Notes: generated by a model not told the origin, from the sequence alone. A DNA stretch of 64,000 nt from Thiovulum sp. ES (GCA_000276965.1 AKKQ01000003.1:462-64461); one strand, 5' to 3'. Counted from the first letter of the stretch, positions 37,071-46,546 are shown. Translations and numbers: made by a program.

Positions 37071-38282
37071 TTAGAAGGAGTAGTTTGCAAAAATTGTGTA
37101 TCTTGTAAAGTCTTTCTCTCCCTCATTCCAAGTTGCCATATAAAGATCAAGAGCTAAATCATCACTTACGGAATAACTTGCACTTAAATCAACTTCACTC
37201 CAATCATCATCAAGATTATCACTACTCATTGTCATATATAGAGCAGAGAGTGAAAGTTCTTCTGTAACTTGGTAATCAGCTTTTCCTGAAAAAGCTGTAA
37301 TATCGGTAACACCTGGAGCAGCAATTGTTAAATAAATGTTTGCAATTGTGTAATATGGAGCAAAACTGAAACCACCTTGAGGAGCAATATCACCACTTGC
37401 TGTATCCATTGCAACTCCAAGACTTAAATCAGAAATTGAAGCTTCAATTTTTCCACCAACAAGAGAACCATCTTTTTCATCAAAATTTAATTCTTGGAAA
37501 AGTCCATACTCAGCTCCAACAGAAACAGACATATCCTCACTTAAACTCATTGTATAAACAAAGTCAGCATAAGTTAAAGACATATTTAAACCAGCTCCAT
37601 CTACATCATCTAAGTAATAATTCCATGCTTGAGCAGAAATTCCAGCTTCTTCATCAGAGTATAGACCAGCAACAATTGAAACACCATCACCTTGAGTTAG
37701 TTCAACAAATTCATCTTTGCTTTTTGCACCTGCTAGAGGAGCATCGTATCCACCAATTTTTGTTGCCCGTGCAGCAATAACTGTTAAGTTTTCAATTGGA
37801 TTTGCTTGGAGCATAGCAAGTTCAAATGAGTCTGGAGACATTCCCATATCATCTGAATTTGCAAAAGGAGTTTCAATAACTTTTCGACCAATTGTAATAT
37901 CTGTTTTACCAATTATAGAATCTGAACTGAAAAGTTCTCCAGAGATATATGCTTCACCAAAATATGTATAACTTTTTCCGTTTGTTTCACCAGCTCCACC
38001 ACTGTGTAACCACCAATCACTTTTTTGACCCATTAGAATTTGAGAAGTAAAAAGACTTGCTGTAACACTGAAAGTATTGACTTTTGGAGTTTGGAGAGTT
38101 AGCCAACCACCAGTTGCAGCACCTGTATTTGTTACACTATCTGTATTAGGTGCATCAACTGTTTCTGCTGTATAACCTGTTCTTAGATTTCCAGAGAATT
38201 CCCAATCATTTTTATTATCTTCTGCAAAAAGTGTAGAGCTTGAAACGAGCAAAGTTGCCACAACTAAACTAATATTTTTCAT
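37071..38282 (-). CDS. Outer-membrane beta-barrel (porin-like) protein, paralog 2
   Basis: 403 aa. Signal peptide MKNISLVVATLLVSSSTLFA. It shares blocks with paralog 1 (GKSY.F.GEAYISGELFS.DSIIGKT, ETPFA..DDMGM.PD, GISAQAW.YYL.DVD) and the same FANYSF terminus. Confidence 0.65.
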   Translation of the reverse strand: MKNISLVVATLLVSSSTLFAEDNKNDWEFSGNLRTGYTAETVDAPNTDSVTNTGAATGGWLTLQTPKVNTFSVTASLFTSQILMGQKSDWWLHSGGAGETNGKSYTYFGEAYISGELFSSDSIIGKTDITIGRKVIETPFANSDDMGMSPDSFELAMLQANPIENLTVIAARATKIGGYDAPLAGAKSKDEFVELTQGDGVSIVAGLYSDEEAGISAQAWNYYLDDVDGAGLNMSLTYADFVYTMSLSEDMSVSVGAEYGLFQELNFDEKDGSLVGGKIEASISDLSLGVAMDTASGDIAPQGGFSFAPYYTIANIYLTIAAPGVTDITAFSGKADYQVTEELSLSALYMTMSSDNLDDDWSEVDLSASYSVSDDLALDLYMATWNEGEKDFTRYTIFANYSF

Positions 38283-38373
38283 CTTTTTTCCTTGTTTTAT
38301 TCTTAAGCCAATTATTAATATATTGTTAAATCGGAACTTTTAGAATTATATCTAAGATTACTTTATGTTTATA

Positions 38374-39588
38374 TTAATTTGGTGAAATTACATCTGTTCC
38401 ATCTCGATTTGCCGAATGGAAAATTGTTACACCGCTAATATTTGAGAAATGTTGCATAAGTAATTTTTGTAAAGTTGGTTCGATTGAAGGCAAAAACCAG
38501 CCATTATTACTAATAACAATCATGAACGGAGGCGAGTTTTGGAAAAGCTTTTCACTTGTTCCCTCATAGCAAATTGCATTTCGGATTTTGACCTCATCGA
38601 TAATAAAATCAGTTGGAGTTTTTGCGGGAGTGAAATCTTTAACACCGTCAAAAAACATTTCACTAATTTTATCTTTGATAATTTTTGGAAGAGGAATATA
38701 TTCACCGAACGGAACAAGAACAACTTTTTTACCAATTTGCAAATTTCCATCTTTGAAAAAATATGTGGCATTAAATTGCTCTCCATTTTCTGAATAGAGA
38801 CCGCCCGTAAAAATTGCGATTTGGTGCGAAAGAAATTTTAAATTCTCCAAAACTTCAGGATAGCGATTTATGTAAATTGGAAAAGTGCTTTCTGGCAAAA
38901 CAACAATATCTTGTTTTTCATCAATTGCTTTCTCTATTTGTGCAAAATTCATATCAATAATTTTCCAACGATTTTCTGGTAACCATTTTTCTTCTTGCAA
39001 AATTTGAGTCTCCACAAGTTTAATATCTAAAGGAAACTCTTTTGTAACTTTTTCCCGAAAGTCAATTGCAAAAAGGAGAAGAAGCGGAGCAAAATACAAG
39101 AATTTCTTTCTTTCAAGAAATGCAAAAATTGACAGTGCGATTGAGAAAACAATAATTGCAAATTGCCAAGTCTCTGTTCCAAATGGTGTATTTACAAAAA
39201 TGATTTGCGGTTTAAACCAATTAAATCCAAACGGCTCAAAAAAAGTTAGCAAAATAAAAAGAGAAGCTTTTGTGGAAATCCGATCAAAATATCCGACAAT
39301 AAAAAAGAAAATCCCGTAGGCAATTCCAAGCAGAATTATTGACGGCGGAATGAGATACGGAAATCCGTAATATTGCATTGAAAACGGCATCCAAAAAAAC
39401 CACAAGATTCCTGTAAAAAACCCTGTCCAAAAAAATACTTTTCTTTCGTATTCAAAAAGTAAAAATCCAATTCCTGAAATCCCCAAAATTGTTTCTATAA
39501 ATTGGTTTTCAAATCCAAAGTGGTGAAGATAAATAAATGCGGAAAGGAGTGATGCAACTCCAAAACTCTTTAAAATTTCTTTAATCAT
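38374..39588 (-). CDS. lnt: Apolipoprotein N-acyltransferase
   Basis: 404 aa. The N-terminus is polytopic and hydrophobic, followed by a CN-hydrolase domain (IVVLPESTFP, NAICYE). Confidence 0.75.
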   Translation of the reverse strand: MIKEILKSFGVASLLSAFIYLHHFGFENQFIETILGISGIGFLLFEYERKVFFWTGFFTGILWFFWMPFSMQYYGFPYLIPPSIILLGIAYGIFFFIVGYFDRISTKASLFILLTFFEPFGFNWFKPQIIFVNTPFGTETWQFAIIVFSIALSIFAFLERKKFLYFAPLLLLFAIDFREKVTKEFPLDIKLVETQILQEEKWLPENRWKIIDMNFAQIEKAIDEKQDIVVLPESTFPIYINRYPEVLENLKFLSHQIAIFTGGLYSENGEQFNATYFFKDGNLQIGKKVVLVPFGEYIPLPKIIKDKISEMFFDGVKDFTPAKTPTDFIIDEVKIRNAICYEGTSEKLFQNSPPFMIVISNNGWFLPSIEPTLQKLLMQHFSNISGVTIFHSANRDGTDVISPN

Positions 39589-40109
39589 TTTAGTAAATTT
39601 AAAACATCAGAACGGATTTTTTCGGGAATCATCTCGATATTTTTTCCGTTTCGGATTTCTGTCGAACTCACGACCTCATCGACATTTAAGAGTTTAAAAC
39701 CGTTTGGCACTCTAATTCCATTTCGAGTAGCAACAACCCAATTTACAAGCGAGTCGATTTCTTCAAATTCATCCCATTTCTGAATCGAATTTACATTATC
39801 CGCACCGATGATGAGGTTGATGTTTTCGTATATTTCTGAAAAGTGTCGAACACTCTCAATTGTTAAAGTTGGACGACCGTTATCAATTTCAAAACGAGAA
39901 ATTTCTACATTCTCATTATTCTCAAAAAGCTTTGTCAGTAACTTGAATCTATCTTCTGGTGCAATTTTAAAATTACTTTTCCACGGATTAAGAAAATTTG
40001 GTAACACAATTACCTTATCAATTTCTAACATTTTTTGTGCGAAAATAACAACTTTTTCGTGTCCAATATGTGGCGGATCAAACGAACCTCCGTAAATAGC
40101 AACATTCAT
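39585..40109 (-). CDS. nadD: Nicotinate-nucleotide adenylyltransferase
   Basis: I place the start at the ATG at 40107-40109 (MNVAIYGGSFDPPHIGHEKVV), which is in frame (residue 43 of the track ORF 39585..40235). The track's N-terminal extension looks spurious. Confidence 0.8.
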   Translation of the reverse strand: MNVAIYGGSFDPPHIGHEKVVIFAQKMLEIDKVIVLPNFLNPWKSNFKIAPEDRFKLLTKLFENNENVEISRFEIDNGRPTLTIESVRHFSEIYENINLIIGADNVNSIQKWDEFEEIDSLVNWVVATRNGIRVPNGFKLLNVDEVVSSTEIRNGKNIEMIPEKIRSDVLNLLK

Positions 40110-40222
40110 AAAAATACCCTTAATTAATAATTTAAATAATATCAAGATTAATTTAAAAAAATCTGCTAGTATAATAGAAAACAAAAGAGATTTGCAAAAG
40201 GATGAAATTGAACCTATTCCAT

Positions 40223-40588
40223 ATGGAGCAAACAAAATTTACACCTGAAGTATTTTTAGATCCAGAAAAAATGGAGATGAAATTTATTGGAAAATCCTAT
40301 CCTGAAAATGCTTTTGAGTTTTATATGCCTATTCTTGACTGGATACACGAATTTTTCCAGAAAAAAAATCATGAAACTATAAAAGTTAATTTTGAAATAG
40401 TCTATTTTAATAGTAGTTCATCAAAAGTTTTTTTCGATATTTTCGATCTGTTCGAAGAGGCTCAAGCTGATGGAAGTCATATTGTTATAAATTGGATTTA
40501 CGATTCTGACAATGACACTGCTGAAGAGGCGGGTGAAGACTTTAGAGATGATTTTGAAAATCTAACTATAAATTTAATAGGAAAATAG
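40223..40588 (+). CDS. DUF1987 / SiaC-like regulatory protein
   Basis: TKFTPEVFLDPEKMEMKFIGKSYPENAFEFYMPILDWIHEF...VNFEIVYFNSSSSKVFFDIF matches the DUF1987 (SiaC) pattern from memory. Track ORF 40202 starts 7 codons earlier. Confidence 0.6.
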   Translation: MEQTKFTPEVFLDPEKMEMKFIGKSYPENAFEFYMPILDWIHEFFQKKNHETIKVNFEIVYFNSSSSKVFFDIFDLFEEAQADGSHIVINWIYDSDNDTAEEAGEDFRDDFENLTINLIGK

Positions 40589-40592
40589 AGTT

Positions 40593-41411
40593 TTGAGAGA
40601 GAATATTTTTATTGAAAATATAGAGAAGTTTATTGCTGGACAAAAAGAACTTTCACCAGATGAAACTAAAGAGTTTCTTTCAAAAATGCTTAAAGAATAC
40701 AAAAGAAAATCAAAAAGAGTTGATAGAATTTTTCAACAAAATGATCGGCAACAAAAAGAACTTGATAGGTTAAATAGTGGTTTAGAAGAGCAGAATACTC
40801 TTTTGCACGACGAAATTATTCAGACTCAAAAAGAGATTGTTTTCCGTATGGGCGATATTGCTGAATCAAGAAGCAAAGAGACGGGAAATCACATTAAACG
40901 AGTCTCACTCTACTCTTATATACTTGCAAAAAAATATGGGCTATCAAAATTTGAAATAGATCTAATTCGAGATGCCTCACCAATGCATGATATTGGAAAA
41001 GTTGGAGTTCCTGATAATATCTTGAATAAACCGAGTCGATATACACCCGAAGAGTTTGAAATTATGAAAACTCATACAACAATTGGATACAACCTTTTTA
41101 AAGAATCAAAAAGACCTCTTTTGCAAATGGCAGCAACAATTGCACATGAACATCATGAAAAATGGATTGGAAATGGATATCCTCAAGGATTGAGAGGAGA
41201 AGAAATTTCAATTTATGGAAGAATTACAGCAATAGCCGATGTTTTTGATGCACTTGGAAGTGCTAGAGTTTATAAAAAAGCTTGGTCTCTTGAGAGAATT
41301 ATAGACCTTTTTGAAGATGAACGAGGGAAACATTTTGACCCAGATTTAGTTGATATTTTCTTTGAAAATTTTCAAGAATTTGTAGGAATTAGAAACAGAT
41401 ATGAAGATTAG
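40593..41411 (+). CDS. HD-GYP domain phosphodiesterase with a coiled-coil N-terminus
   Basis: 272 aa with HIKRVS, PMHDIGKVGVPDNILNKP, HEHHEKWIGNGYPQGL and IADVFDALGSARVYKKAW. TTG start 4 nt after the preceding stop. Confidence 0.85.
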   Translation: MRENIFIENIEKFIAGQKELSPDETKEFLSKMLKEYKRKSKRVDRIFQQNDRQQKELDRLNSGLEEQNTLLHDEIIQTQKEIVFRMGDIAESRSKETGNHIKRVSLYSYILAKKYGLSKFEIDLIRDASPMHDIGKVGVPDNILNKPSRYTPEEFEIMKTHTTIGYNLFKESKRPLLQMAATIAHEHHEKWIGNGYPQGLRGEEISIYGRITAIADVFDALGSARVYKKAWSLERIIDLFEDERGKHFDPDLVDIFFENFQEFVGIRNRYED

Positions 41412-41461
41412 AACTTTCTGAATTTGATACAATATATTTAAGATTTTTATAAAGAATAATT

Positions 41462-43330
41462 ATGACTGAATTTTTAAAAAAGGCTTTTGGTTTTCAAAAA
41501 GAGAATCAAGAAAAGATAGAAGATTGGGATTTTTATAGCAATATTGTAAAAAGACTGGAGATTTCAAGAGAAATTCTATCTGAAAACAGGGACTATTTTG
41601 TAGCGAACTATAATAATTTAGAATTTGATAGGTTTATTTGTTTGACTGGTGAAAAAGACAAAAAGTCTTGCAGTATTATGATAGATCGCGAAACTGGAAA
41701 AATATATTTGCCAAAATGGTTTAATGAGCAAGTAGAGAAAAAAATATGGTTTTATAAAACTGGAGATACTGCAATTGAATATTTAGAGAATCTATCAGTT
41801 CGGAACATAGCAAATTGGAAAGCCGAAAACTATTCAGCACTCGACTATTTGAAGAAAAATGGAATTTTTGAGTGGCTCAATGTTGGCGACTACTTTAGTG
41901 GTTGGAATGATAAAATCATTTATAGACACAACAATTTGAGAAATTATATTGCCTTTCCAACTTCCGACTATTTTGCACTTCTTGATATTTGGGGAGAGGA
42001 TTTCACAACCCATAAATTCATAAATTTTGTAAAAAAACACAATTTTGTAATTGATGGACGAATCAATTTTGAAGATAACGATGAGGTCTCACCAAAATTT
42101 CAAACTGTTCCAAAAATTCTAAAAAACTTAGAAAAAGAGAGCGGAATAGTCCTTTACGGAAATAAAATTTCATTTCCAAATTCACTTTTTAAAAATAGTT
42201 CTCTCATTTCAAAATATGAAAATTTCATAGAATTCATAGATTTTATTCTTTGGAAAATTGAACTTTTTTCAGAAAAACATAATGAAGAGATTTTAAAAGT
42301 CTCGGAAATTCATAAAAACCTATCCGTTTTAGAAACAAAAAATAGCGACCTCATCGCATTCAATAAACTGCTTTTAGAAAATGTGGAATTCTCATTTGAT
42401 CCGACAGAAAAAATTCTACGAAAATATCGATATGAGATTTCGGAAGTTCTTAAAGATATTGAAAATCGGACAGACAACTTTTTTGAGAATAGTGAAAACT
42501 CAATTTTTGACTTTTTTCCAAATATTCAAGATTTCGATTTCAATTTAATTGGTGAAACTCTGACAAGAAAATACAATTCAAAAGTCTCAAAAATTGAAAA
42601 AATGTTTCAAAAATTGGAAGAAATTGGACAACTTTCAGAGAGTGTAAAAACAATTTTTCTCGAAGCCAACTCATTTGAAAATACAAAGAAAGATATTATA
42701 AAAAGCACTTGTGAAAAAGAGTATGTTCCTGAATCTTTTGAGGCAATTTACAGCGAATGGAATTTTCAAACTGAAATTATTTACAAACTTTATCCTGTGC
42801 TTTTCGAGAAATATTTTGAAAACACAATCTCAATAGATTCGACCCTATATATTTTGACTCTGCTTGAAAGCCTTAAAAAATACAACGAGGACTTTTTCCA
42901 AAACGAGCGAATTTCTATTATTCAAAAATATGACGGTTTAGCAAACGGAACTTTTTTGGAAAAAGCTGAGATTGAGACTCGGCTTTTTAAACATTTTCGA
43001 GATATTAGAAACGGTTTAAAAAATGCAGTTGAGAGTGAAGAGAAAATTGTCGCAAAGAAATTTATCCATTCACAAGCGGAACTATTTTTCTCATTTGAAA
43101 TTGAGAATATTTTGAACTTTTTAAAAATTGCTGGAGTTTCTGAAAAATTAAATGAAGATTTTGCTGAATTGAAAAATCGTAACTTTGAAATTCACTTAAC
43201 TAATTTTGATGTGTATGAAAAAGAGTTTGAAAAACGGGATAAAGATTTGCAAAGCTTACTTTTTAAAATGAAAAAAGAGCTTGAAATCAGGAAACTTGAT
43301 ACAAAAAAAACCAATTTGATCGATTCTTAA
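41462..43330 (+). CDS. Large hypothetical protein (622 aa)
   Basis: Long uninterrupted ORF with normal codon usage. It is Lys/Glu/Asn/Phe-rich and I recognised no motif. Confidence 0.5.
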   Translation: MTEFLKKAFGFQKENQEKIEDWDFYSNIVKRLEISREILSENRDYFVANYNNLEFDRFICLTGEKDKKSCSIMIDRETGKIYLPKWFNEQVEKKIWFYKTGDTAIEYLENLSVRNIANWKAENYSALDYLKKNGIFEWLNVGDYFSGWNDKIIYRHNNLRNYIAFPTSDYFALLDIWGEDFTTHKFINFVKKHNFVIDGRINFEDNDEVSPKFQTVPKILKNLEKESGIVLYGNKISFPNSLFKNSSLISKYENFIEFIDFILWKIELFSEKHNEEILKVSEIHKNLSVLETKNSDLIAFNKLLLENVEFSFDPTEKILRKYRYEISEVLKDIENRTDNFFENSENSIFDFFPNIQDFDFNLIGETLTRKYNSKVSKIEKMFQKLEEIGQLSESVKTIFLEANSFENTKKDIIKSTCEKEYVPESFEAIYSEWNFQTEIIYKLYPVLFEKYFENTISIDSTLYILTLLESLKKYNEDFFQNERISIIQKYDGLANGTFLEKAEIETRLFKHFRDIRNGLKNAVESEEKIVAKKFIHSQAELFFSFEIENILNFLKIAGVSEKLNEDFAELKNRNFEIHLTNFDVYEKEFEKRDKDLQSLLFKMKKELEIRKLDTKKTNLIDS

Positions 43331-43345
43331 ATTAAAAGAAGATAG

Positions 43346-44023
43346 ATGTTAGAAAATATAGATTGGAAAAAAGTAGATAATTTATTACCTGTGGTTGTGC
43401 AGGATTGGAAAGATAATTCGGTTTTGATGTTGGCTTATATGAATCGTGAAGCTCTTGAATTGACTTTAAAAACAGGATTTGCACACTATTTTTCGCGGAC
43501 AAAAGGGCGACTTTGGAAAAAAGGTGAAGAGAGCGGACATACTCAAAAAGTGATGGAAACTCTTCTTGATTGCGATGGCGACACAATTCTATTAAAAGTT
43601 GAACAAAAAGGTGTTGCTTGTCATACTGGTCGAGAAACTTGTTTTTTCACAAATCTTCAAAATGGCGATGAGGTAGCTGAAATAAAAGAGGATTTGAGTG
43701 AAAAATATTCGGTAATTGATCAACTTTTCCACACAATTGAAGAGCGAAAACGAGAAGGAAATTCTGATAAATCCTACACGGCAAAACTGCTCAATGGCGG
43801 AGCTAACAGAATTCTCAAAAAAGTTATTGAAGAGGCTGGAGAATTTTCACTTGCGGTAAAAGATAGAGATGAGAAAGAGATAATTTTGGAAAGTGCAGAT
43901 TTACTCTATCACACACTTGTCGCTCTTTCATACTCAAATGTGAATCCTGACAAAGTTCGAGAGGAAATTAAAAAGAGGTTTGGAATTGGAGGACTTGTAG
44001 AAAAAGCGTCGCGGGGAAAATAG
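43346..44023 (+). CDS. hisIE: Bifunctional phosphoribosyl-AMP cyclohydrolase / phosphoribosyl-ATP pyrophosphatase
   Basis: 225 aa. The HisI part is LLPVVVQD..VLMLAYMNREAL..FSRTKGRLWKKGEESGH..DCDGD. The HisE part is YTAKLL..G.NRILKKVIEEAGE. Confidence 0.9.
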   Translation: MLENIDWKKVDNLLPVVVQDWKDNSVLMLAYMNREALELTLKTGFAHYFSRTKGRLWKKGEESGHTQKVMETLLDCDGDTILLKVEQKGVACHTGRETCFFTNLQNGDEVAEIKEDLSEKYSVIDQLFHTIEERKREGNSDKSYTAKLLNGGANRILKKVIEEAGEFSLAVKDRDEKEIILESADLLYHTLVALSYSNVNPDKVREEIKKRFGIGGLVEKASRGK

Positions 44024-44788
44024 GTGGAACATTTCTCTTTTTTTCAGGGTGAAACGGTAATTTCGTTTCTCTTGCTTTTTGTGAGAATTTCATTTTTACT
44101 AGCACTTCTTCCGCTTTTTAGCAACATGTCGATTCCCGCAACAGTAAAAGCAGGACTTTCGCTTTATCTAACTTTTATATTCTATTTTTCAATAACTCCA
44201 CCAGAATTACCAGATAGTTGGTTTGCGATTGGAACGGCTATTTTTTCGGAAATGATTTTTGCACTTATTGCGGGACTTGTTTTAAATCTTGCAATTTACA
44301 TGCTAACTTATGCGGGGGAGCATATTTCTTTGATGATGGGATTTTCGATGGCGACAGTTTTTGATTATCAAACTTCGATTTCAATGCCGATGATAAGTCA
44401 ATTTCTAAGTTTTTTAGCACTTATGATGCTTTTTGCATTTGACGGACATCACATGATGCTACTTTTTATGCACGATTCAATTTCAAGTGTTCCACTTGGT
44501 GGATTTGTGATGGCGGATGGAATTTTTGATTATATCGTAGAGGCATTTAAAAATCTGTTTGTGATGGGACTCTCAATCGCATTTCCAATTTTGGCACTTT
44601 CGCTTTTGAGCGATATTATTTTTGGAATGCTAATGAAAACAATGCCACAATTCAACTTGCTTGTAATCGGGTATCCGATAAAAATCGGAATTGGTTTTAT
44701 TGTTCTCATTGCGGTAATAAGTTCGATGATGTTGATTTTCAAAACAGAATTTATAAAATATTACAACGACTTACCAATGCTATTTTAA
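44024..44788 (+). CDS. fliR: Flagellar export apparatus protein FliR
   Basis: 254 aa polytopic membrane protein. The N-terminus FLLLFVRISFLLALLPLFS...IPATVKAGLSL matches the FliR pattern. GTG start directly after the hisIE stop. Confidence 0.75.
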   Translation: MEHFSFFQGETVISFLLLFVRISFLLALLPLFSNMSIPATVKAGLSLYLTFIFYFSITPPELPDSWFAIGTAIFSEMIFALIAGLVLNLAIYMLTYAGEHISLMMGFSMATVFDYQTSISMPMISQFLSFLALMMLFAFDGHHMMLLFMHDSISSVPLGGFVMADGIFDYIVEAFKNLFVMGLSIAFPILALSLLSDIIFGMLMKTMPQFNLLVIGYPIKIGIGFIVLIAVISSMMLIFKTEFIKYYNDLPMLF

Positions 44789-44797
44789 TTATAAAAT

Positions 44798-44816
44798 ACC
44801 CTGAAAAAATCAGGGT
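44798..44816. terminator. Hairpin terminator between the convergent fliR and murE genes
   Basis: ACCCTGA, AAAAA, TCAGGGT, followed by TTTTA. Confidence 0.6.
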
Positions 44817-44822
44817 TTTAAT

Positions 44823-46120
44823 CTATTTAGAAAGATTTTGTAAAAGTTCTCGAGCGATTTCACGGTCGTCAAAGTGAAATTTTTGATCGTAAATTATCTG
44901 TTCAGTCTCATCACCTTTTCCAAGAATGAGAAGAACATCATCACCACTTTGCAGTTCCAAACCTCGGCGAATTGCCTCTTTCCGATTTAAAATTACATCA
45001 ACTTTTTCAAGTTTCTCAATTCCACTTAAAATATCGTTTGCAATTTCCTGCGGGTCTTCATTTCGGGGATTATCAGAAGTAACGATGAGGTGCTTTGCCA
45101 TATTGTTTGCAATTTTTCCCATTTTTGGTCTTTTGATTTTATCGCGGTCGCCACCTGCACCAAAAACAACAATCACATCTTTTTCACGAAGGGAATCTAA
45201 AACTTTTTCCATACCGTCGGGAGTGTGTGCAAAATCAACAATGACAAGTGGTTTTTCTGAAATCACTTCCATTCGCCCAGAAACTCCTGCAAAATTCTCA
45301 ACTACTTCGCAAATTTCTCGCATCGGTTTTTGAGTCAAAAGTTTCACTCCAGCCACAGATGCAAGAATGTTGTATAAATTGAAAAATCCATACATCGGAC
45401 TATGAAAATCTTCGACCTCATCGAAAAATTGGACAACTCCAGAAACTCCCTCCCGCATTGTGTAGGCAAGAAGCTTAAAACTGCTACCAGACTCAAGCGA
45501 ATATGTGTAGGCATTTTTGTAGTTGAACTCCACATATTTGTCGTCTCGATTTAAAAGTTTCATCGATTCGTCGGTGAAGAAGCTGTTCTTGACTTTGACA
45601 TATTCTGCCATTGTTCCATGAAAATCCAAATGGTCGCCCGTGATATTTGTATGAACTTTGAGAGCAAAATCCAAACTCTCAATTCTATTTTGAGAAATCG
45701 AGTGTGAAGAAACCTCCATTACAAAAAAATCACAATTTTCTGACCGAGCCTGATAAATGTGTCGGTAAGTATCTAAAATTGGTGGAGTTGTGTGAGATTT
45801 TTCTTCAATTTTTTCGTCGTTTATAAAAAATCCCCGTGTGTGCCTTGAAGTGCAACAGAAAATCCTAAATCCAACAAAATTGAGTAAAAAAGTGAAGCTG
45901 TTGTTGTTTTTCCGTTTGTTCCTGTGATTCCGATGATTTTTATTTCACCAACTCCAAAAAGTTCGCGAATTTCAGAAAGTGCGATATTGCATTGACAACC
46001 GTTTTCAGAAAATTCTCGGTTTTGACTTGTCAGCAAAAAAGCAGTTTCAGAATCGCAAAAACGAGAATCATCAGTTATAAATTTGTATTTTCGATCGGGA
46101 ATTCCAATTTTTCTCATCAA
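44823..46120 (-). pseudogene. murE: UDP-N-acetylmuramoyl-tripeptide synthetase MurE, split by a frameshift in an A6/T6 run (a true pseudogene, slippage or a sequencing error)
   Basis: ORF 45821..46120 encodes the N-terminus, ending IIGITGTNGKTTTASL..ALQGTHGDFL*. ORF 44823..45719 encodes MEVSSHS..TNITGDHLDFHG... The frame of the second ORF stays open upstream and reads ..FFINDEKIEEKSHTTPPILDTYRHIYQARSENCDFFVMEVSSH. The two frames meet at the homopolymer 45825-45830. Confidence 0.8.
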
Positions 46121-46209
46121 TATTTTGGCACAAAGATTCCTAAAAATAGAAAGTGCCTATCCTTTGTAAATTTTTTTGTGTAGAAATATGATTTTAACTC
46201 AAAAAAATA

Positions 46210-46230
46210 TTGTCGGAAAAAATCCGATAA
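46210..46230. repeat. Hairpin family copy B (one mismatch)
   Basis: TTGTCGGA, AAAAA, TCCGATAA, immediately 3' of ORF 46234..46500 (minus strand). Confidence 0.55.
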
Positions 46231-46233
46231 AAA

Positions 46234-46500
46234 TCACAAAATTATTTCAAGTTTCCATTTAATCGGTGAAAATTTTCCTGCGATTTTGTCAATTTGAAAA
46301 AGTTTAAAGGCGGTTTTGTTTTCCAAAAGTTCTGAAATTTTTATCGCAATTTCAGTTTGTTCAAGAATTTCAGAAAGAGAAATTTCTTGGGGGTTTGTTT
46401 CGCTTTTTTGTAAAGAGTGATTTTGTAACTGAGTTCTCATTTCAAAAAATGCACGAACCAAATCAACTTTAAAATAAACAACAACTTCATTATTTCTCAA
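46234..46500 (-). CDS. Fragment resembling the C-terminal part of a phage Rha/antirepressor-type protein (probable remnant)
   Basis: TTG start in the track. The frame is open upstream to 46563 without a good start and reads ..NEPQATLLLTFLRNNEVVVYFKVDLVRAFFEMRTQL. That resembles the ..Lte.qa.lL....n.......k..lv..F..mr..L tail of phage regulatory proteins (from memory). Confidence 0.3.
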   Translation of the reverse strand: MRNNEVVVYFKVDLVRAFFEMRTQLQNHSLQKSETNPQEISLSEILEQTEIAIKISELLENKTAFKLFQIDKIAGKFSPIKWKLEIIL

Positions 46501-46546
46501 AAAAGTTAAAAGAAGAGTTGCTTGGGGTTCGTTTAGAAAGAAAATT

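Noticed and set aside
37397-37971. + strand ORFs lie inside the second porin-like gene, and similar short ORFs lie inside other long genes (for example 49898-50323 and 28511-28873).
   Set aside because: They are nested in, or antisense to, better-supported genes, have low-complexity translations, and lack independent support.
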